Below the pieces are notes generated by a model. That model was given only the letters and a program-made list of their open reading frames with translations, made no database searches and was not told the origin of the DNA. From assembly GCA_905612235.1 (NCBI GenBank), contig CAJQRF010000011.1:40835-104834 (forward strand): a stretch of DNA of 64,000 nt. Reading direction: 5' to 3'. Positions within the stretch are counted from its first letter, which is position 1. Each line of letters begins with the position of its first letter. The translations under genes and the position numbers were made by a program. The DNA is from an uncultured Pelagibacteraceae bacterium. Lineage in GTDB: Bacteria; Pseudomonadota; Alphaproteobacteria; Pelagibacterales; Pelagibacteraceae. Below, one piece after another: positions 47,245-58,439 of this stretch.

Positions 47245-48135
47245 TTAAAATTCCCATTTTTTTATTTTACTATATAAAAAATTTCTAAACGCTATTACTC
47301 TCGCTACATTCTTAAGTGACTGAGGATAAACAAAGTGAGCTTCGGTTTTGGGTCCTTCAACTTTAGGCAATACTCTAATTATGTTTGGAACTGATACAGT
47401 TATATAGTCAGGAAGTGCTGCTAAACCTACTCCACTTTGGACAGCAAGAAGTAAACCGTAAACACTATTTACTTTCATGATAGGTTTTCTTTTCTTATCA
47501 TCTTTTGCTCCTATTTTTAAAGCCCAGTCAGGATTAAAAACTGGAGATGGCGCTCCTCTTCCGTAAGAAATAAAATTATGTTTATTTAAATCAGATAAAC
47601 TTTTGGGGTAACCAGATAGCTCTAAATACTTTGTTGAACCATAAATATGATAATTAATATCAATTAGTTTTTTTTGGATATGATTTAATTGTTTTGGACG
47701 TCTCATCCAAATTCCAATGTCTGCCTGTCGCGTACTGAGGTCAAGCTCCTTGTCATCAAAAATTAGCTCAATCTCAATTTCGGGATTAAGTTTCATAAAC
47801 TCTTGTATTCTAGGGGTAAGCCAAGTTGTGCCAAAGCTAACTACAGTAGTAACAGTAAGTTTGCCACTTGGTTTATTTTTTTTATCTATTAAAGTTGATT
47901 CTACATCTTTAAGTTTGGAAATAATTTCATGTGCTGTTTTAAAAAGATATTCTCCATTTTCTGTTAAAGATAGACCTCTGGCATGTCTCTCAAATAATTG
48001 TGTTTTTAGAGCTTGTTCTAAAGATTGAATTTGCCTACTGATTGCCGATTGACTTAAGTTTAGTATGTAAGTTGCCTTGGTAAAATTTCCCGCTTCTGCC
48101 ACGGCATGAAATATTTTAAGTTTGTCCCAATCCAT
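47245..48135 (-). CDS. LysR family transcriptional regulator
   Basis: N-terminal wHTH FTKATYILNLSQSAISRQIQSLE plus a LysR substrate-binding domain of the expected length. Confidence 0.9.
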   Translation of the reverse strand: MDWDKLKIFHAVAEAGNFTKATYILNLSQSAISRQIQSLEQALKTQLFERHARGLSLTENGEYLFKTAHEIISKLKDVESTLIDKKNKPSGKLTVTTVVSFGTTWLTPRIQEFMKLNPEIEIELIFDDKELDLSTRQADIGIWMRRPKQLNHIQKKLIDINYHIYGSTKYLELSGYPKSLSDLNKHNFISYGRGAPSPVFNPDWALKIGAKDDKKRKPIMKVNSVYGLLLAVQSGVGLAALPDYITVSVPNIIRVLPKVEGPKTEAHFVYPQSLKNVARVIAFRNFLYSKIKKWEF

Positions 48136-48136
48136 A

Positions 48137-49138
48137 TTATTTATTTAAATCTACTAAAATTCTTCCTGAAGTTTTTCCACTTAACATTTCAGGAAAAATA
48201 TTTAACAATTCTTCTAAATTAACAGTTTTTATATTTTTTTCTAAAAGTTTAAAATCAACTAAATCTGTAACCTGTGACCAAATAAATTCTCTTCTCTTTT
48301 TGCTAATCGTAACGGAATCTATTCCCCATAATTTTACACCTCTGATTATAAAAGGCATTACTGACGTGTTAAGTTTGATTCCTCCTGCGTTCCCACATGC
48401 TGCAACTATTCCATTGGGTTTAGTTTGCGAAATTGCATTTGCCAAAACGTTGCCTCCAACTGTATCGACAACACCATCCCATAAACCTTTTCCTAGAAGT
48501 TTTGCTTCACCTTCAAATTCTTTTCTTGCAACAATATTTTTTGCACCTAGATCTTTTAAATAATTAGATTTATTCTCCTTGCCAGTCATTGCTGTAACGT
48601 TATATCCAAATTTAGAAAGCACCATTACAGCTATACTTCCAACTCCTCCCGTTGCGCCAGTTACTAATACATCATTAACTTTATCTCCTAACAATAATTC
48701 TTCTCTAGCTTTTATTGCAAAAGCACATAATAGAGATGTAAAACCTGCTGTACCAAGAATCATTGCATTTTTATTTGAAATAGCTTTAGGTTTTTTTACT
48801 AATAACTCATTTTTTACTTTTACTAGTTGTGAATAACCGCCAGGAAAGATTTCACCAACTCTACATCCGGTTAAAACAACATCATCACCAGGTTTAAAAT
48901 CATGGGTTTCACTTTCAATAACTTTTCCTGAAAAATCTATACCAGGTATATGAGGATATTCTTTAACGAGCCTTGCACCATTTTTTAAAATCAAAGCATC
49001 TTTATAATTTAAACCAGAATATTCTATTTTAACTAAAACATCTCCAGTTTTAAAAAAACTTTTGTCTAACTCTTTTATTTCTCGAGAAAATTGTTCACCT
49101 GTTTGATTTAGAACTATTGCTTTAAACTTATCAACCAT
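48137..49138 (-). CDS. YhdH/AcuI-type MDR NADPH-dependent oxidoreductase (acrylyl-CoA reductase-like)
   Basis: 333 aa zinc-less MDR with the YhdH pattern (GIDFSG, VLVTGATGGVGS). Confidence 0.75.
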   Translation of the reverse strand: MVDKFKAIVLNQTGEQFSREIKELDKSFFKTGDVLVKIEYSGLNYKDALILKNGARLVKEYPHIPGIDFSGKVIESETHDFKPGDDVVLTGCRVGEIFPGGYSQLVKVKNELLVKKPKAISNKNAMILGTAGFTSLLCAFAIKAREELLLGDKVNDVLVTGATGGVGSIAVMVLSKFGYNVTAMTGKENKSNYLKDLGAKNIVARKEFEGEAKLLGKGLWDGVVDTVGGNVLANAISQTKPNGIVAACGNAGGIKLNTSVMPFIIRGVKLWGIDSVTISKKRREFIWSQVTDLVDFKLLEKNIKTVNLEELLNIFPEMLSGKTSGRILVDLNK

Positions 49139-49173
49139 TTTGTAAACTTCTAAGAATATTTATTAATAAACAA

Positions 49174-49785
49174 CTAATCTTTATTAATATATCTTAAGTA
49201 GCGATTTTGAAAACTTAAATCATCCTTGAAGGCACCAAGAAAATAATTTGTTACAGTTGTTGCAGTTTCTTTTTTAATTCCTCTAGTGGTCATGCATTGA
49301 TGTGAAGCGTCTATTGTTACAGCAACTCCTCTTGGTTGTAAGACATCCATTATTGTTTTTGCTATTTGCATTGTTAAACGTTCTTGTGTTTGTAATCTTT
49401 TTGAAAAAACTTCAACTACTCTTGCTAGTTTACTTAAACCCACTACTTTATTGGATGGAATGTAAGCAACATGTGCTACACCCATAATTGGAGCCATATG
49501 ATGTTCACAGTGACTTTGTAAGCTAATGTTTTTTTCAATCACCATATCATCGTAACCATCAACTTCTGTAAAGGTTTTGGATAAATATTTATTAGGTTCC
49601 TCGGTGTAACCTTTAAAATATTCTTTATAAGCTTTTATTACTCTTTTTGGTGTTGAAAGGAGTCCTTCACGGTTAGGGTTCTCTCCTATCCATTCAATGA
49701 TTGTTTTAACAGCTGCTTCAGCTTGTTCATCAGAAACCTGTTGTTTTTTTCTTTCTACTTGTTTTGCGTCTTTTACTAATTTCAT
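49174..49785 (-). CDS. folE: GTP cyclohydrolase I
   Basis: SHCEHHMAPIMG and the HQCMTTRG motif. Confidence 0.92.
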   Translation of the reverse strand: MKLVKDAKQVERKKQQVSDEQAEAAVKTIIEWIGENPNREGLLSTPKRVIKAYKEYFKGYTEEPNKYLSKTFTEVDGYDDMVIEKNISLQSHCEHHMAPIMGVAHVAYIPSNKVVGLSKLARVVEVFSKRLQTQERLTMQIAKTIMDVLQPRGVAVTIDASHQCMTTRGIKKETATTVTNYFLGAFKDDLSFQNRYLRYINKD

Positions 49786-49829
49786 AATATTAATTTTATA
49801 ATTATTTTAATATCTATATAATATAATTA

Positions 49830-50297
49830 ATGTTTAAAAAAAGAAATAATATAAAAGAAATTGAAGAAGGCAAGTATTTAGAACCAAAATTTGATAAAAA
49901 TGGCCTTATACCTGTTGTAGTTAGTGATTTTAGAAATGGTGACATCCTGATGCATGGGCACATGAATAGTTTAGCTCTTAAAAAAACTATAGAAACAAAA
50001 GAAGCTTATTATTGGAGTCGTTCACGAAAAAAAATATGGCACAAAGGTCAGATAAGTGGTTTTGTGCAAAAAGTGAAAGAAATGAAAATAGATGATGATC
50101 AAGACTCGGTTTGGATATCTGTTGATATTGGCAATGGTGCAAGCTGTCATGTGGGTTATCGTTCTTGTTTTTATCGATCTATACCGTTAGGGAAAATTAA
50201 AAATACAAAAAAAATAAAAATTAATTTTAAAGAAAAAAAAAAAGTTTTTAATCCTAGCAAAGTTTATAAAAATCAACCCAACCCAACAAAATTATAA
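49830..50297 (+). CDS. hisI: phosphoribosyl-AMP cyclohydrolase (monofunctional, with a basic C-terminal extension)
   Basis: GLIPVVV.D......LM.G.MN..AL..T......YWSRSR...W.KG..SG pattern and a CH..YRSCF motif. Confidence 0.88.
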   Translation: MFKKRNNIKEIEEGKYLEPKFDKNGLIPVVVSDFRNGDILMHGHMNSLALKKTIETKEAYYWSRSRKKIWHKGQISGFVQKVKEMKIDDDQDSVWISVDIGNGASCHVGYRSCFYRSIPLGKIKNTKKIKINFKEKKKVFNPSKVYKNQPNPTKL

Positions 50298-50677
50298 TGA
50301 GTGAAAAAGATTTTCAAAAAAATGTATTAGGTGAAGAACTTGAAGATTGTTCATTAGATCCAGTTACTGGATGGCTTAGAGATGGCTGTTGTAATACAAA
50401 CGAAGAAGACCGTGGTTTTCATACGGTATGTGCTAAAGTTACAAATAAATTTTTAGAATGGTCTAAGGAAGCTGGAAATGATTTAATCACTCCTCACCAT
50501 GAATTTAATTTTCCTGGTTTAAAAGACGGTGATAGTTGGTGTGTTTGTGCAGCTACATACGCTCAATCAATAGAGGCGGGCACCGCATGTAAAATTTTTT
50601 TAAAAAAAACCAATTATAAAACTTTAGAAATTGTACCGCTGGAAAAACTCAAAAAATACGCAATAGACCTTTCGTAA
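50297..50677 (+). CDS. DUF2237 family protein
   Basis: 126 aa; TGWLRDGCCNT...GFHTVCA pattern typical of DUF2237. Start overlaps the hisI stop (ATGA). Confidence 0.65.
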   Translation: MSEKDFQKNVLGEELEDCSLDPVTGWLRDGCCNTNEEDRGFHTVCAKVTNKFLEWSKEAGNDLITPHHEFNFPGLKDGDSWCVCAATYAQSIEAGTACKIFLKKTNYKTLEIVPLEKLKKYAIDLS

Positions 50678-50682
50678 TCTTT

Positions 50683-52290
50683 TTACATATTTCCATACTT
50701 TGGACCGCCGCCGCCTTCTGGCGCTACCCAAATGATATTTTGAGATGGTTCTTTAATATCACATGTTTTACAGTGTATGCAATTCTGTGAATTAATTACA
50801 AATTTTTCTTGTTGCACTTCGTAAACCCCTACAGGACAGTATCGTTGAGCAGGTTCATCATATTTTTTTAATGTATAGTTGATTGGTAAATTAGGATCTT
50901 TTAATTTTAGATGCACAGGTTGGTTTTCAGTATGGTTGGTACCAGTTAAATAAACTGAACTTGTTTTATCAAATGTTAATTTTCCATCAGGTTTTGGATA
51001 TTCTATTTTTTTAGTTTCGTTAGCTAGTTCTAAAGATTTGTGATCAGCATGTTTATGTTTTAGAGTAAAAGGCAATTTTCCTCTAAATAATATTTGATCT
51101 ACCCCTGTAAAAATAATTCCTAAAATTAAACCCCAGCTAAAACTTGGTTTAACATTTCTTACCGCATAAAGCTCTTTGTAAGCCCAGCACTTTCGAAATT
51201 TTTTTTCATAGATTGATAAATCTGTTTTATTTTTTATATTTTCAACAATAGTTTCTGCTGCAACAATTCCACTCTTCATTGCTGTATGAGAGCCTTTAAT
51301 TTTTGTCATATTTAAGGTCCCTGCATCACAACCAATTAATAAACCACCGGGCATATACATTTTTGGTAAACTTTGGATACCACCTTCAATTAAAGCTCTT
51401 GCTCCAAATGCAATTCTTTTTCCTCCCTCTAGTATTTTTCTAATATCTTTATGAGTTTTAAATCTCTGAAATTCATCAAAAGGTGATAAATATGGATTTT
51501 TGTAATCTAAACCAATTACATAACCAATATAAATTTGTTTTTTTTCTGCATGATAAACAAAACTACCTCCATAAGTTTTGTTATCAAGTGGCCACCCAGT
51601 TGTATGCATAACCAAACCTTCTTCGTGTTGTTTTTCGTTAACTTCCCATATCTCTTTAAAACCAATTCCATATTGTTGTGGGTTTTTGCCATTATCAAGA
51701 TTGTATTTTTTAATAATTTCTTTTCCCAAATGGCCTCTACAGCCTTCTGCAAAAACGGTAACTTTAGCATGCAATTCCATGCCTTCTTGATATGTATCCT
51801 TTTTATGACCATTTTTATCTAAACCCATATCTAATGTGGCTACACCTTTTATTGATCCATTTTCATTATATAAAACTTCACTAGCTGGAAATCCTGGAAA
51901 TATTTCAACACCAAGTTTTTCTGCTTGTTCAGCTAACCAACGGCACAAATTAGCAAGGCTAATAATATAATTTTTATGATTTTTTTGAACAGGAGGCAAA
52001 AGCCATGTGGGCCAGCTAAAAGATTTACTTTTTCCTAAAAATAAGAATTTTTCTTTAGAAACTTTTGTTTTGACAGGAGCTCCTTCTTCTTGCCATTTAG
52101 GTAATAATTCATCAAGTGCTTTGGTTTCAAAAACGTTTCCACTTAATATATGAGCACCAACTTCTGATCCTTTTTCTAAAATACAAACACTGATATTTGG
52201 ATCAATTTGTTTTAATTTAATTGCAGTAGATAGGCCAGCTGGTCCTGCGCCAACAATTACTACGTCGTATTCCATTGCTTCTCTAGACAT
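50683..52290 (-). CDS. electron transfer flavoprotein-ubiquinone oxidoreductase
   Basis: VVIVGAGPAGLS FAD fold and a C-terminal CIHCKTCDIKEP cluster motif; 535 aa. Confidence 0.92.
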   Translation of the reverse strand: MSREAMEYDVVIVGAGPAGLSTAIKLKQIDPNISVCILEKGSEVGAHILSGNVFETKALDELLPKWQEEGAPVKTKVSKEKFLFLGKSKSFSWPTWLLPPVQKNHKNYIISLANLCRWLAEQAEKLGVEIFPGFPASEVLYNENGSIKGVATLDMGLDKNGHKKDTYQEGMELHAKVTVFAEGCRGHLGKEIIKKYNLDNGKNPQQYGIGFKEIWEVNEKQHEEGLVMHTTGWPLDNKTYGGSFVYHAEKKQIYIGYVIGLDYKNPYLSPFDEFQRFKTHKDIRKILEGGKRIAFGARALIEGGIQSLPKMYMPGGLLIGCDAGTLNMTKIKGSHTAMKSGIVAAETIVENIKNKTDLSIYEKKFRKCWAYKELYAVRNVKPSFSWGLILGIIFTGVDQILFRGKLPFTLKHKHADHKSLELANETKKIEYPKPDGKLTFDKTSSVYLTGTNHTENQPVHLKLKDPNLPINYTLKKYDEPAQRYCPVGVYEVQQEKFVINSQNCIHCKTCDIKEPSQNIIWVAPEGGGGPKYGNM

Positions 52291-52311
52291 GAAATGACTA
52301 TATCAAAATTT

Positions 52312-53265
52312 TTATTTTTGGATAGTGTTGAGTTTGTTTAACTCTTCTAAAAATTGTGGCAAAGCTTCAAATAAATCTGCCTCAAGACCATAGTCAGCAA
52401 TGCTAAAAATTGGAGCTTCTCCATCCTTATTTATTGCTACAATCACTTTGCTTTCCTTCATGCCAGCTAAGTGTTGAATTGCCCCTGAAATTCCTACAGC
52501 AATATATAAATCTGGAACAACAACCTTGCCAGTTTGTCCCACTTGATGATCATTGCCAATATAACCAGCATCTACAGCTGCTCTGGATGCTCCTACTGCA
52601 GCGTTTAATTTGTCAGCAATAGAATTAATAAGTTTAAAATTTTCTCCACTTTGCATGCCACGGCCACCTGATATTACTATTCTAGCCGTTCCTAACTCAG
52701 GTCTTTCAGATTTTGTTTCTTCTCTTTTGATAAATTTTGATACATTTTTGATATCAGCAGGTTCTATTTTTTCTATGGATGCCGATCCACCTGATTTTGG
52801 TGCAGGCTCAAATGAAGTTGGTCTTATTGTTATACATTTTTTTTTATCACTACTTTTTACCGTTGCAAATGCATTGCCAGCATAAATTGGTCTTAAAAAT
52901 TCTTCTGAATTATTTATTTTAATTACATCACTTATTTGCGAGCTATCCAGTAACGCAGAAACTCTTGGCATAAAGTTTTTTCCAAAAGTATTAGCAGATG
53001 CAATTATATGTGTATAAGACTCTGAAACTTTAATTATTAAAGGAGTTAAATTTTCTGCTAAAAAATTTTCATAATTTGGTGAATCGCAGTAAATAACTTT
53101 TTTTACTAACGGAATTGCCGCAACTTCTTTTGCTACGCTATCGCATTTATTTCCAGCAACTAAAACATGTGTTTCTTTATCAATTTTAGATGCTGCTGTA
53201 ATTGCATTTAAAGTAAAGACCTTTAAATTTGAATTATCATGTTCAGCAATTAGTAAAATTGACAT
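52312..53265 (-). CDS. etfA: electron transfer flavoprotein alpha subunit
   Basis: AVGISGAIQHLAGM FAD-binding signature. Confidence 0.92.
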   Translation of the reverse strand: MSILLIAEHDNSNLKVFTLNAITAASKIDKETHVLVAGNKCDSVAKEVAAIPLVKKVIYCDSPNYENFLAENLTPLIIKVSESYTHIIASANTFGKNFMPRVSALLDSSQISDVIKINNSEEFLRPIYAGNAFATVKSSDKKKCITIRPTSFEPAPKSGGSASIEKIEPADIKNVSKFIKREETKSERPELGTARIVISGGRGMQSGENFKLINSIADKLNAAVGASRAAVDAGYIGNDHQVGQTGKVVVPDLYIAVGISGAIQHLAGMKESKVIVAINKDGEAPIFSIADYGLEADLFEALPQFLEELNKLNTIQK

Positions 53266-54014
53266 TATATAACTTTAGCCTCGTTTTTAAGTTTACTAAT
53301 TAATTCAGCAACATTAGCTACTTTTATTCCACTTTTTCTTTTTGGTGGTTCTTCAACTTTGATTTGCTGAATCCTGTTTGTAATATCTACACCAAGATCT
53401 TTAGCATTTAATTGTTCAATTGGCTTTTTCTTCGCTTTCATTATATTGGGTAGAGAAGCAAACCTTGGTTCATTAAGTCTTAAATCGCACGTTATAATTG
53501 CTGGTAGATTAATTTGTATAGTTTCCAAACCTTCATCAACTTCTCTCGTTACTTCAATAACTTTATCTTTATGTTCAATTTTTGATGCAAAAGTTCCTTG
53601 GGGCCAATCCAGCATAGCAGCTAGCATTTGTCCTGTTTGATTACAATCGTCATCAATAGCTTGCTTTCCTAAAAAAACAAGATCAGGTTTTTCTTTTTCA
53701 ACAATTTTTTTTAAAACTTTTGCTATACCTAGAGGTTCTATATAATTATCTGATTTGACATGTATACCTCTGTCCGCTCCGACTGCTAGAGCTTTTCGCA
53801 CTGTTTCTTGAGCTTTTTCTTCCCCAATTGTAACAGCAATAATTTCTTTTGCTTTACCAGATTCTTTTAACCTTACAGCTTCTTCAATAGCATTATCATC
53901 TGGAGGATTTGTTGACATTTTGACATTATCTTTATTAACACCACTGCCATCTTCTTTAACTCTAATTTGCACATTGTAATCAATAACCCTTTTAACAGCG
54001 ACTAAAATTTTCAT
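53265..54014 (-). CDS. etfB: electron transfer flavoprotein beta subunit
   Basis: [16 protein letters not shown]-terminus and the overall EtfB pattern; 1-nt overlaps on both sides. Confidence 0.92.
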   Translation of the reverse strand: MKILVAVKRVIDYNVQIRVKEDGSGVNKDNVKMSTNPPDDNAIEEAVRLKESGKAKEIIAVTIGEEKAQETVRKALAVGADRGIHVKSDNYIEPLGIAKVLKKIVEKEKPDLVFLGKQAIDDDCNQTGQMLAAMLDWPQGTFASKIEHKDKVIEVTREVDEGLETIQINLPAIITCDLRLNEPRFASLPNIMKAKKKPIEQLNAKDLGVDITNRIQQIKVEEPPKRKSGIKVANVAELISKLKNEAKVI

Positions 54015-56446
54015 TATCCTCTTAAAAGTTTATTTTCTGAATCATAAGGACTCTCTTCTAAAATGGTAGCATCATACATTTTTCCAAGAATATCAATTTT
54101 CAATTTTTGTCCTGTTGTCGCAATCTCTGGTTTAACCATTCCTAAAGCTATCGATTTACCCAATCTAAAACCAAAATCTCCTCCAGTTGCTCGACCAACA
54201 ACTTTCCCTTTATCATAAATAGGGTTATTTCCTAATACGTCTGCATCTTCAACATTATGAATTTCTAAAGTTACTAATTTATTATTAAAACCTTTTTCTC
54301 TCCATTTATTTAAAGCTTCTAATCCAATAAAATTTCCTTTATTTGGGTGGACAAACCTATCCAATCCAGATTCATAAGGTGAATATTCAATTGATAATTC
54401 AGTTCCTACCAATTTATATGATTTTTCAAGCCTTAAACTGTTCATGGCTCTAATGCCATAAGGTTTAAGTCCTAAGTCTTTTCCAGCTTCCATTAATTTA
54501 TCAAAAATGTGGTTTTGGTACTCGATTGGATGATGCAGCTCCCAACCTAGTTCTCCAACAAAATTTACTCTCATAGCATTAACTGGTGCGTTTCCAACAT
54601 TTACATTTTTTGCACTTAACCATTTAAAATTATCGTTGGAAAAATCATCTTTTGAGACTCTTTTCATTAAATCTCTGGCTTTAGGACCTGACACAACCAA
54701 AACTCCTAAACTATTAGTTAAGTTTTCAAATTGAACGCTTCCATCTTTTGGCATCCATTTATTAATCCAATCATGATCTAATCTTTGATTGGCACCTGCA
54801 GAAACTAAATAAAAACTATCTTCGCTTTCCCTCATGATTGTAAATTCAGAGTGAACTCCTCCTTTTGTATTTAGTGCATGACACAAACCAATTCTTCCTA
54901 TTTTTTTAGGAAGTTTATTAGCTACTAAATAATCTAAAAAATTTTCTGCTCCTGGTCCTTTTATTCTGCATTTTGCAAATGCTGTCATATCTAGTAACCC
55001 AACATTTTCTCTAACATTTTTGCACTCTTTTTCTATCGCTTTAAACCATTTAGATCTTCGAAAAGACCAATCATCTTTCTGCCCCATCCCATCCACTGCA
55101 AAAAAGTTTGGTCTTTCCCAACCAAATTTTTGACCAAAAACTGCACCTAGATTTTTCATTCTGTCATAACAAGGTGATGTTCTTAATTCTCTAGCAGCGC
55201 CTCTTTCTTCATCTGGGTAATGAACTTTAAATACATGATTATATGCTTCTTCATTTTTTTCTTTAAGATATGATTTGGTTGCATAATCACCATATCGTCT
55301 TGGTTCAACACCAAGCATATCTACTGTTGGTTCACCATCTACTATCCATTCAGCAAGTTGCCAGCCAGCTCCTCCTGCTGCTGTAATACCAAAACTATGT
55401 CCTTCATTAATCCAAAAATTTTTTAAACCCCACGCAGGACCAACGATTGGATTTCCGTCTGGCGTATAACAAATAGCACCATTGTAAACTTTTTTAACTC
55501 CAACTTCACCAAAAGCTGGAACACGATGAATTGCACCTTCTATATGTGGAGCAAGTCTATCTAAATCTTCTTGAAATAATTCATATTCTGAATCTTTTGA
55601 AGGTCCATCAACATAACAACATGGAGCTCCATCTTCGTAAGGTCCTAATAGTAATCCTCCCGCTTCTTCTCTCATATACCACCTGCTATCACTATCTCTT
55701 AGCACTCCCATTTCCGGTAGGCCGTCTTTTTTCCTTTTTTGAATTTCAGGATGCGCTTCAGTAACTATATATTGATGCTCTACTGGAATCGCAGGAATAT
55801 TAAGGCCAACCATTTCACCAGTTTGTCTAGCAAAATTTCCTGTGCATGAAACAACATGTTCACATTCTATTGTTCCTTTGTCAGTTTCTACCACCCAGCC
55901 ATTTTTTGTTTGTTTAATTCCAGTTACTACTGTGTTTCTATAAATTTCTGCTCCTCTATTCCTAGCACCCGTAGCTAAAGCTTGAGTTAGATCTGCTGGC
56001 TGAATATAACCATCCTCTGGATGTTGAATCGCACCAACTAAATCTTTAACATTACATAAAGGCCAAATATCTTTTACTTGTTGTGGTGTTAAAAACTTCA
56101 CATCAACACCAATGGTTTGAGCAACACCTGCGTACTGGTGATATTCATCCATTCTATCTTTTGTGCTAGCTAAACGAATATTTGATACAACGCTAAATCC
56201 TACATTTTTACCAGTCTCTTTTTCTAAAGTTTTATAAAAATCAACAGCATACTTATGAAGTTGTCCTACGGAATAACTCATATTAAATAGAGGTAATAGA
56301 CCAGCTGCATGCCAAGTCGAGCCTGATGTTAATTCTTTTCTTTCAACGCAAACGACATCAGACCATCCTTTTTTCGCTAAATGGTAGAGCATACTAACTC
56401 CAACAACCCCTCCCCCGATTACGACTACTTTGGCTTTTGATTTCAT
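54014..56446 (-). CDS. dimethylglycine/sarcosine dehydrogenase family (FAD oxidoreductase fused to a GcvT-type folate domain)
   Basis: 810 aa; [15 protein letters not shown] domain followed by an aminomethyltransferase-like C-terminal half; co-oriented with etfBA and ETF-QO. Confidence 0.85.
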   Translation of the reverse strand: MKSKAKVVVIGGGVVGVSMLYHLAKKGWSDVVCVERKELTSGSTWHAAGLLPLFNMSYSVGQLHKYAVDFYKTLEKETGKNVGFSVVSNIRLASTKDRMDEYHQYAGVAQTIGVDVKFLTPQQVKDIWPLCNVKDLVGAIQHPEDGYIQPADLTQALATGARNRGAEIYRNTVVTGIKQTKNGWVVETDKGTIECEHVVSCTGNFARQTGEMVGLNIPAIPVEHQYIVTEAHPEIQKRKKDGLPEMGVLRDSDSRWYMREEAGGLLLGPYEDGAPCCYVDGPSKDSEYELFQEDLDRLAPHIEGAIHRVPAFGEVGVKKVYNGAICYTPDGNPIVGPAWGLKNFWINEGHSFGITAAGGAGWQLAEWIVDGEPTVDMLGVEPRRYGDYATKSYLKEKNEEAYNHVFKVHYPDEERGAARELRTSPCYDRMKNLGAVFGQKFGWERPNFFAVDGMGQKDDWSFRRSKWFKAIEKECKNVRENVGLLDMTAFAKCRIKGPGAENFLDYLVANKLPKKIGRIGLCHALNTKGGVHSEFTIMRESEDSFYLVSAGANQRLDHDWINKWMPKDGSVQFENLTNSLGVLVVSGPKARDLMKRVSKDDFSNDNFKWLSAKNVNVGNAPVNAMRVNFVGELGWELHHPIEYQNHIFDKLMEAGKDLGLKPYGIRAMNSLRLEKSYKLVGTELSIEYSPYESGLDRFVHPNKGNFIGLEALNKWREKGFNNKLVTLEIHNVEDADVLGNNPIYDKGKVVGRATGGDFGFRLGKSIALGMVKPEIATTGQKLKIDILGKMYDATILEESPYDSENKLLRG

Positions 56447-56511
56447 AAAATAAATATGGTTAAATTTATGTAATTACTAAATGGAAGGATATAATACGTC
56501 AACAAAATTAA

Positions 56512-57093
56512 ATGACTAAAAAGATTATACTTTTGCTTGCTATAGCCGGTCCTTTTGTAGCGTATTTTTTATATACGCGACTCATGAGGTTTGATAAAAA
56601 AAAATACCCTATAAAAATACTTTCTCTAATTAGTGTTGTTCTGATTGTTGCTAGCTTAGGATCTTTAAGACTTTATGACAATTATTCACCTTCCTTAACT
56701 AAACCAAATATATCTTTAAAACCAATTGATGTTATATCAATTCAGTTAAATTCTCTTCAAAGGAATAATATTCCATTTAAAGATGCAGGCATTGAACAAA
56801 TTTGGGAATTTGCGCACCCAAATAATAAAAAAATAACAGGTCCTTTAAAAAAATTTAAAAAAATGATTTACAGTGAAAGTTATAAAATGTTAATTGGACA
56901 TGAAAATAGTGATATCACTATTTTGAGCGAGGATTCAAACAAATCAATCTATAAAGTTTTTATATTATCTAGTGATAAAAAAAAATACTCTTATATTTGG
57001 AAAATTGAAAAAGTCAATCAAGAAGGAAATTTAAAAAATTGCTGGATGACTATCAGTGTATCTATCCCTGAATACTTGGGTGAGATTATATGA
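56512..57093 (+). CDS. hypothetical protein, DUF4864-like
   Basis: N-terminal TM, then VISIQLNSLQRNN...IWEFAHPNNKKITGPL..F..M, resembling DUF4864. Confidence 0.4.
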   Translation: MTKKIILLLAIAGPFVAYFLYTRLMRFDKKKYPIKILSLISVVLIVASLGSLRLYDNYSPSLTKPNISLKPIDVISIQLNSLQRNNIPFKDAGIEQIWEFAHPNNKKITGPLKKFKKMIYSESYKMLIGHENSDITILSEDSNKSIYKVFILSSDKKKYSYIWKIEKVNQEGNLKNCWMTISVSIPEYLGEII

Positions 57094-57242
57094 GCAACGA
57101 AATTAAATATAGTAAAAATGAGTTAGATGACATCTGTGAAGAATGTAAAAAAGAGAAAAAAAGTGTTTCTCAAAATTTAATTATGTATGGTTATAAAATC
57201 TGTGAGTCTTGTCGATTATCAAAAACTATTTTCCCAATTTAG
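57090..57242 (+). CDS. 50-aa CxxC...CxxC zinc-ribbon peptide
   Basis: MSNEIKYSKNELDDICEECKKEKKSVSQNLIMYGYKICESCRLSKTIFPI. Below the track cutoff. ATGA overlap with the upstream stop; its 3' end overlaps the convergent gene by 4 nt. Confidence 0.4.
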   Translation: MSNEIKYSKNELDDICEECKKEKKSVSQNLIMYGYKICESCRLSKTIFPI

Positions 57243-57787
57243 CTTTGTCCAAAAAATTTTAATATTATGGCTAGAACAATAGCTTGAACTAAAAAGCCTA
57301 TAACAACAACACCAATAGCTCTCCAAGTACTTTCGTAGTCTAGTGCTTGCCTTACGGCAATAACCATAGCAACTAGCATCCATATGCCAGATCCAATAAA
57401 TGTTATGCTCATTAATTCTGGGGTAAATCCAAATATTCGAATTAAACCTGGTGCGCTTGAAAATCCGATTGTTCTCAAAAGTTGACCATGATCTGCTTCA
57501 GTTTTTGACTCAGGGAAAAGTTTTGTTCCAATAAAGTATATTAAATATGCCCAAAGGTACCAACTAACCAGCGATAATAATGGTGCCAATAAAAAATTTG
57601 AAGCTCCAAGTGATATTGCTCCAATGCCTGCTGCAATACTTGAAAGAACAACTACTAACGCAGCTTGAAGAGTGGCTGATTTGTCAGCCTCAACTTCTTC
57701 ATATAAACTAACATCAAGCTTGCATGCTCTTATTATTCTATTAATAAATACTGAATTCATTTTTTCTCTATACCATATTGTTGCCAT
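57239..57787 (-). CDS. Yip1-domain membrane protein
   Basis: 182 aa; soluble N-terminus (LYEEVEADKSAT) followed by five TM segments, as in the YIP1 family. Confidence 0.55.
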   Translation of the reverse strand: MATIWYREKMNSVFINRIIRACKLDVSLYEEVEADKSATLQAALVVVLSSIAAGIGAISLGASNFLLAPLLSLVSWYLWAYLIYFIGTKLFPESKTEADHGQLLRTIGFSSAPGLIRIFGFTPELMSITFIGSGIWMLVAMVIAVRQALDYESTWRAIGVVVIGFLVQAIVLAIILKFFGQS

Positions 57788-57808
57788 TAAAATATATGAA
57801 ATAACACT

Positions 57809-58435
57809 ATGTCAGCAGTTTTTTTAAATTCCTTTATTTTGTTCTTTATTACTATTGATACCATAGGAAACTTGCCTTTTTTTATTAGTTTAACAGAAGG
57901 GGCTCCAATTAAGAAAAAAAATCAGATAGCTGTAAAAAGTATAATTATAGCATTTTTTATAACAATCTTATTTGCTTATCTTGGTAAATATTTACTTGAT
58001 GCAATCGGTGTTTCTTTAGATTCATTAAAAATTGCTGGTGGTGTTATTCTTATGTTTATAGCAATAGATATACTATTTGAGAAAAGAAAAATAAGACGAG
58101 AAAAAAAAGTAGAAGCAGCTCTTGATGAAAAAAACTTTGATGAAGTTATTGTATTCCCAATAGCAATACCCTTTATTGCAGGACCTTCTACATTAGCAAC
58201 AATTATACTATTGATGGGTAATTACTCTGATTCAATTGAATCACAGATGGTTGTTATTTTTGCATTAATAGTTGCATTAATTGTAAGTTTGTTTTTAATG
58301 ATTGGAACAAATTTTACAACAAAATATATTCCCCAACAAATTCTACATGCTACATCTAGAGTATTTGCTTTTATTCTAGCTGCGTTAGCAACACAATTTA
58401 TAATCGACGGTATTAAAGCAAGTTTTAATATTTAA
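57809..58435 (+). CDS. MarC family (UPF0056) membrane protein
   Basis: 208 aa, six TM, N-terminal FFITIDTIGNLPFF motif. Confidence 0.8.
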   Translation: MSAVFLNSFILFFITIDTIGNLPFFISLTEGAPIKKKNQIAVKSIIIAFFITILFAYLGKYLLDAIGVSLDSLKIAGGVILMFIAIDILFEKRKIRREKKVEAALDEKNFDEVIVFPIAIPFIAGPSTLATIILLMGNYSDSIESQMVVIFALIVALIVSLFLMIGTNFTTKYIPQQILHATSRVFAFILAALATQFIIDGIKASFNI

Positions 58436-58439
58436 TTGC

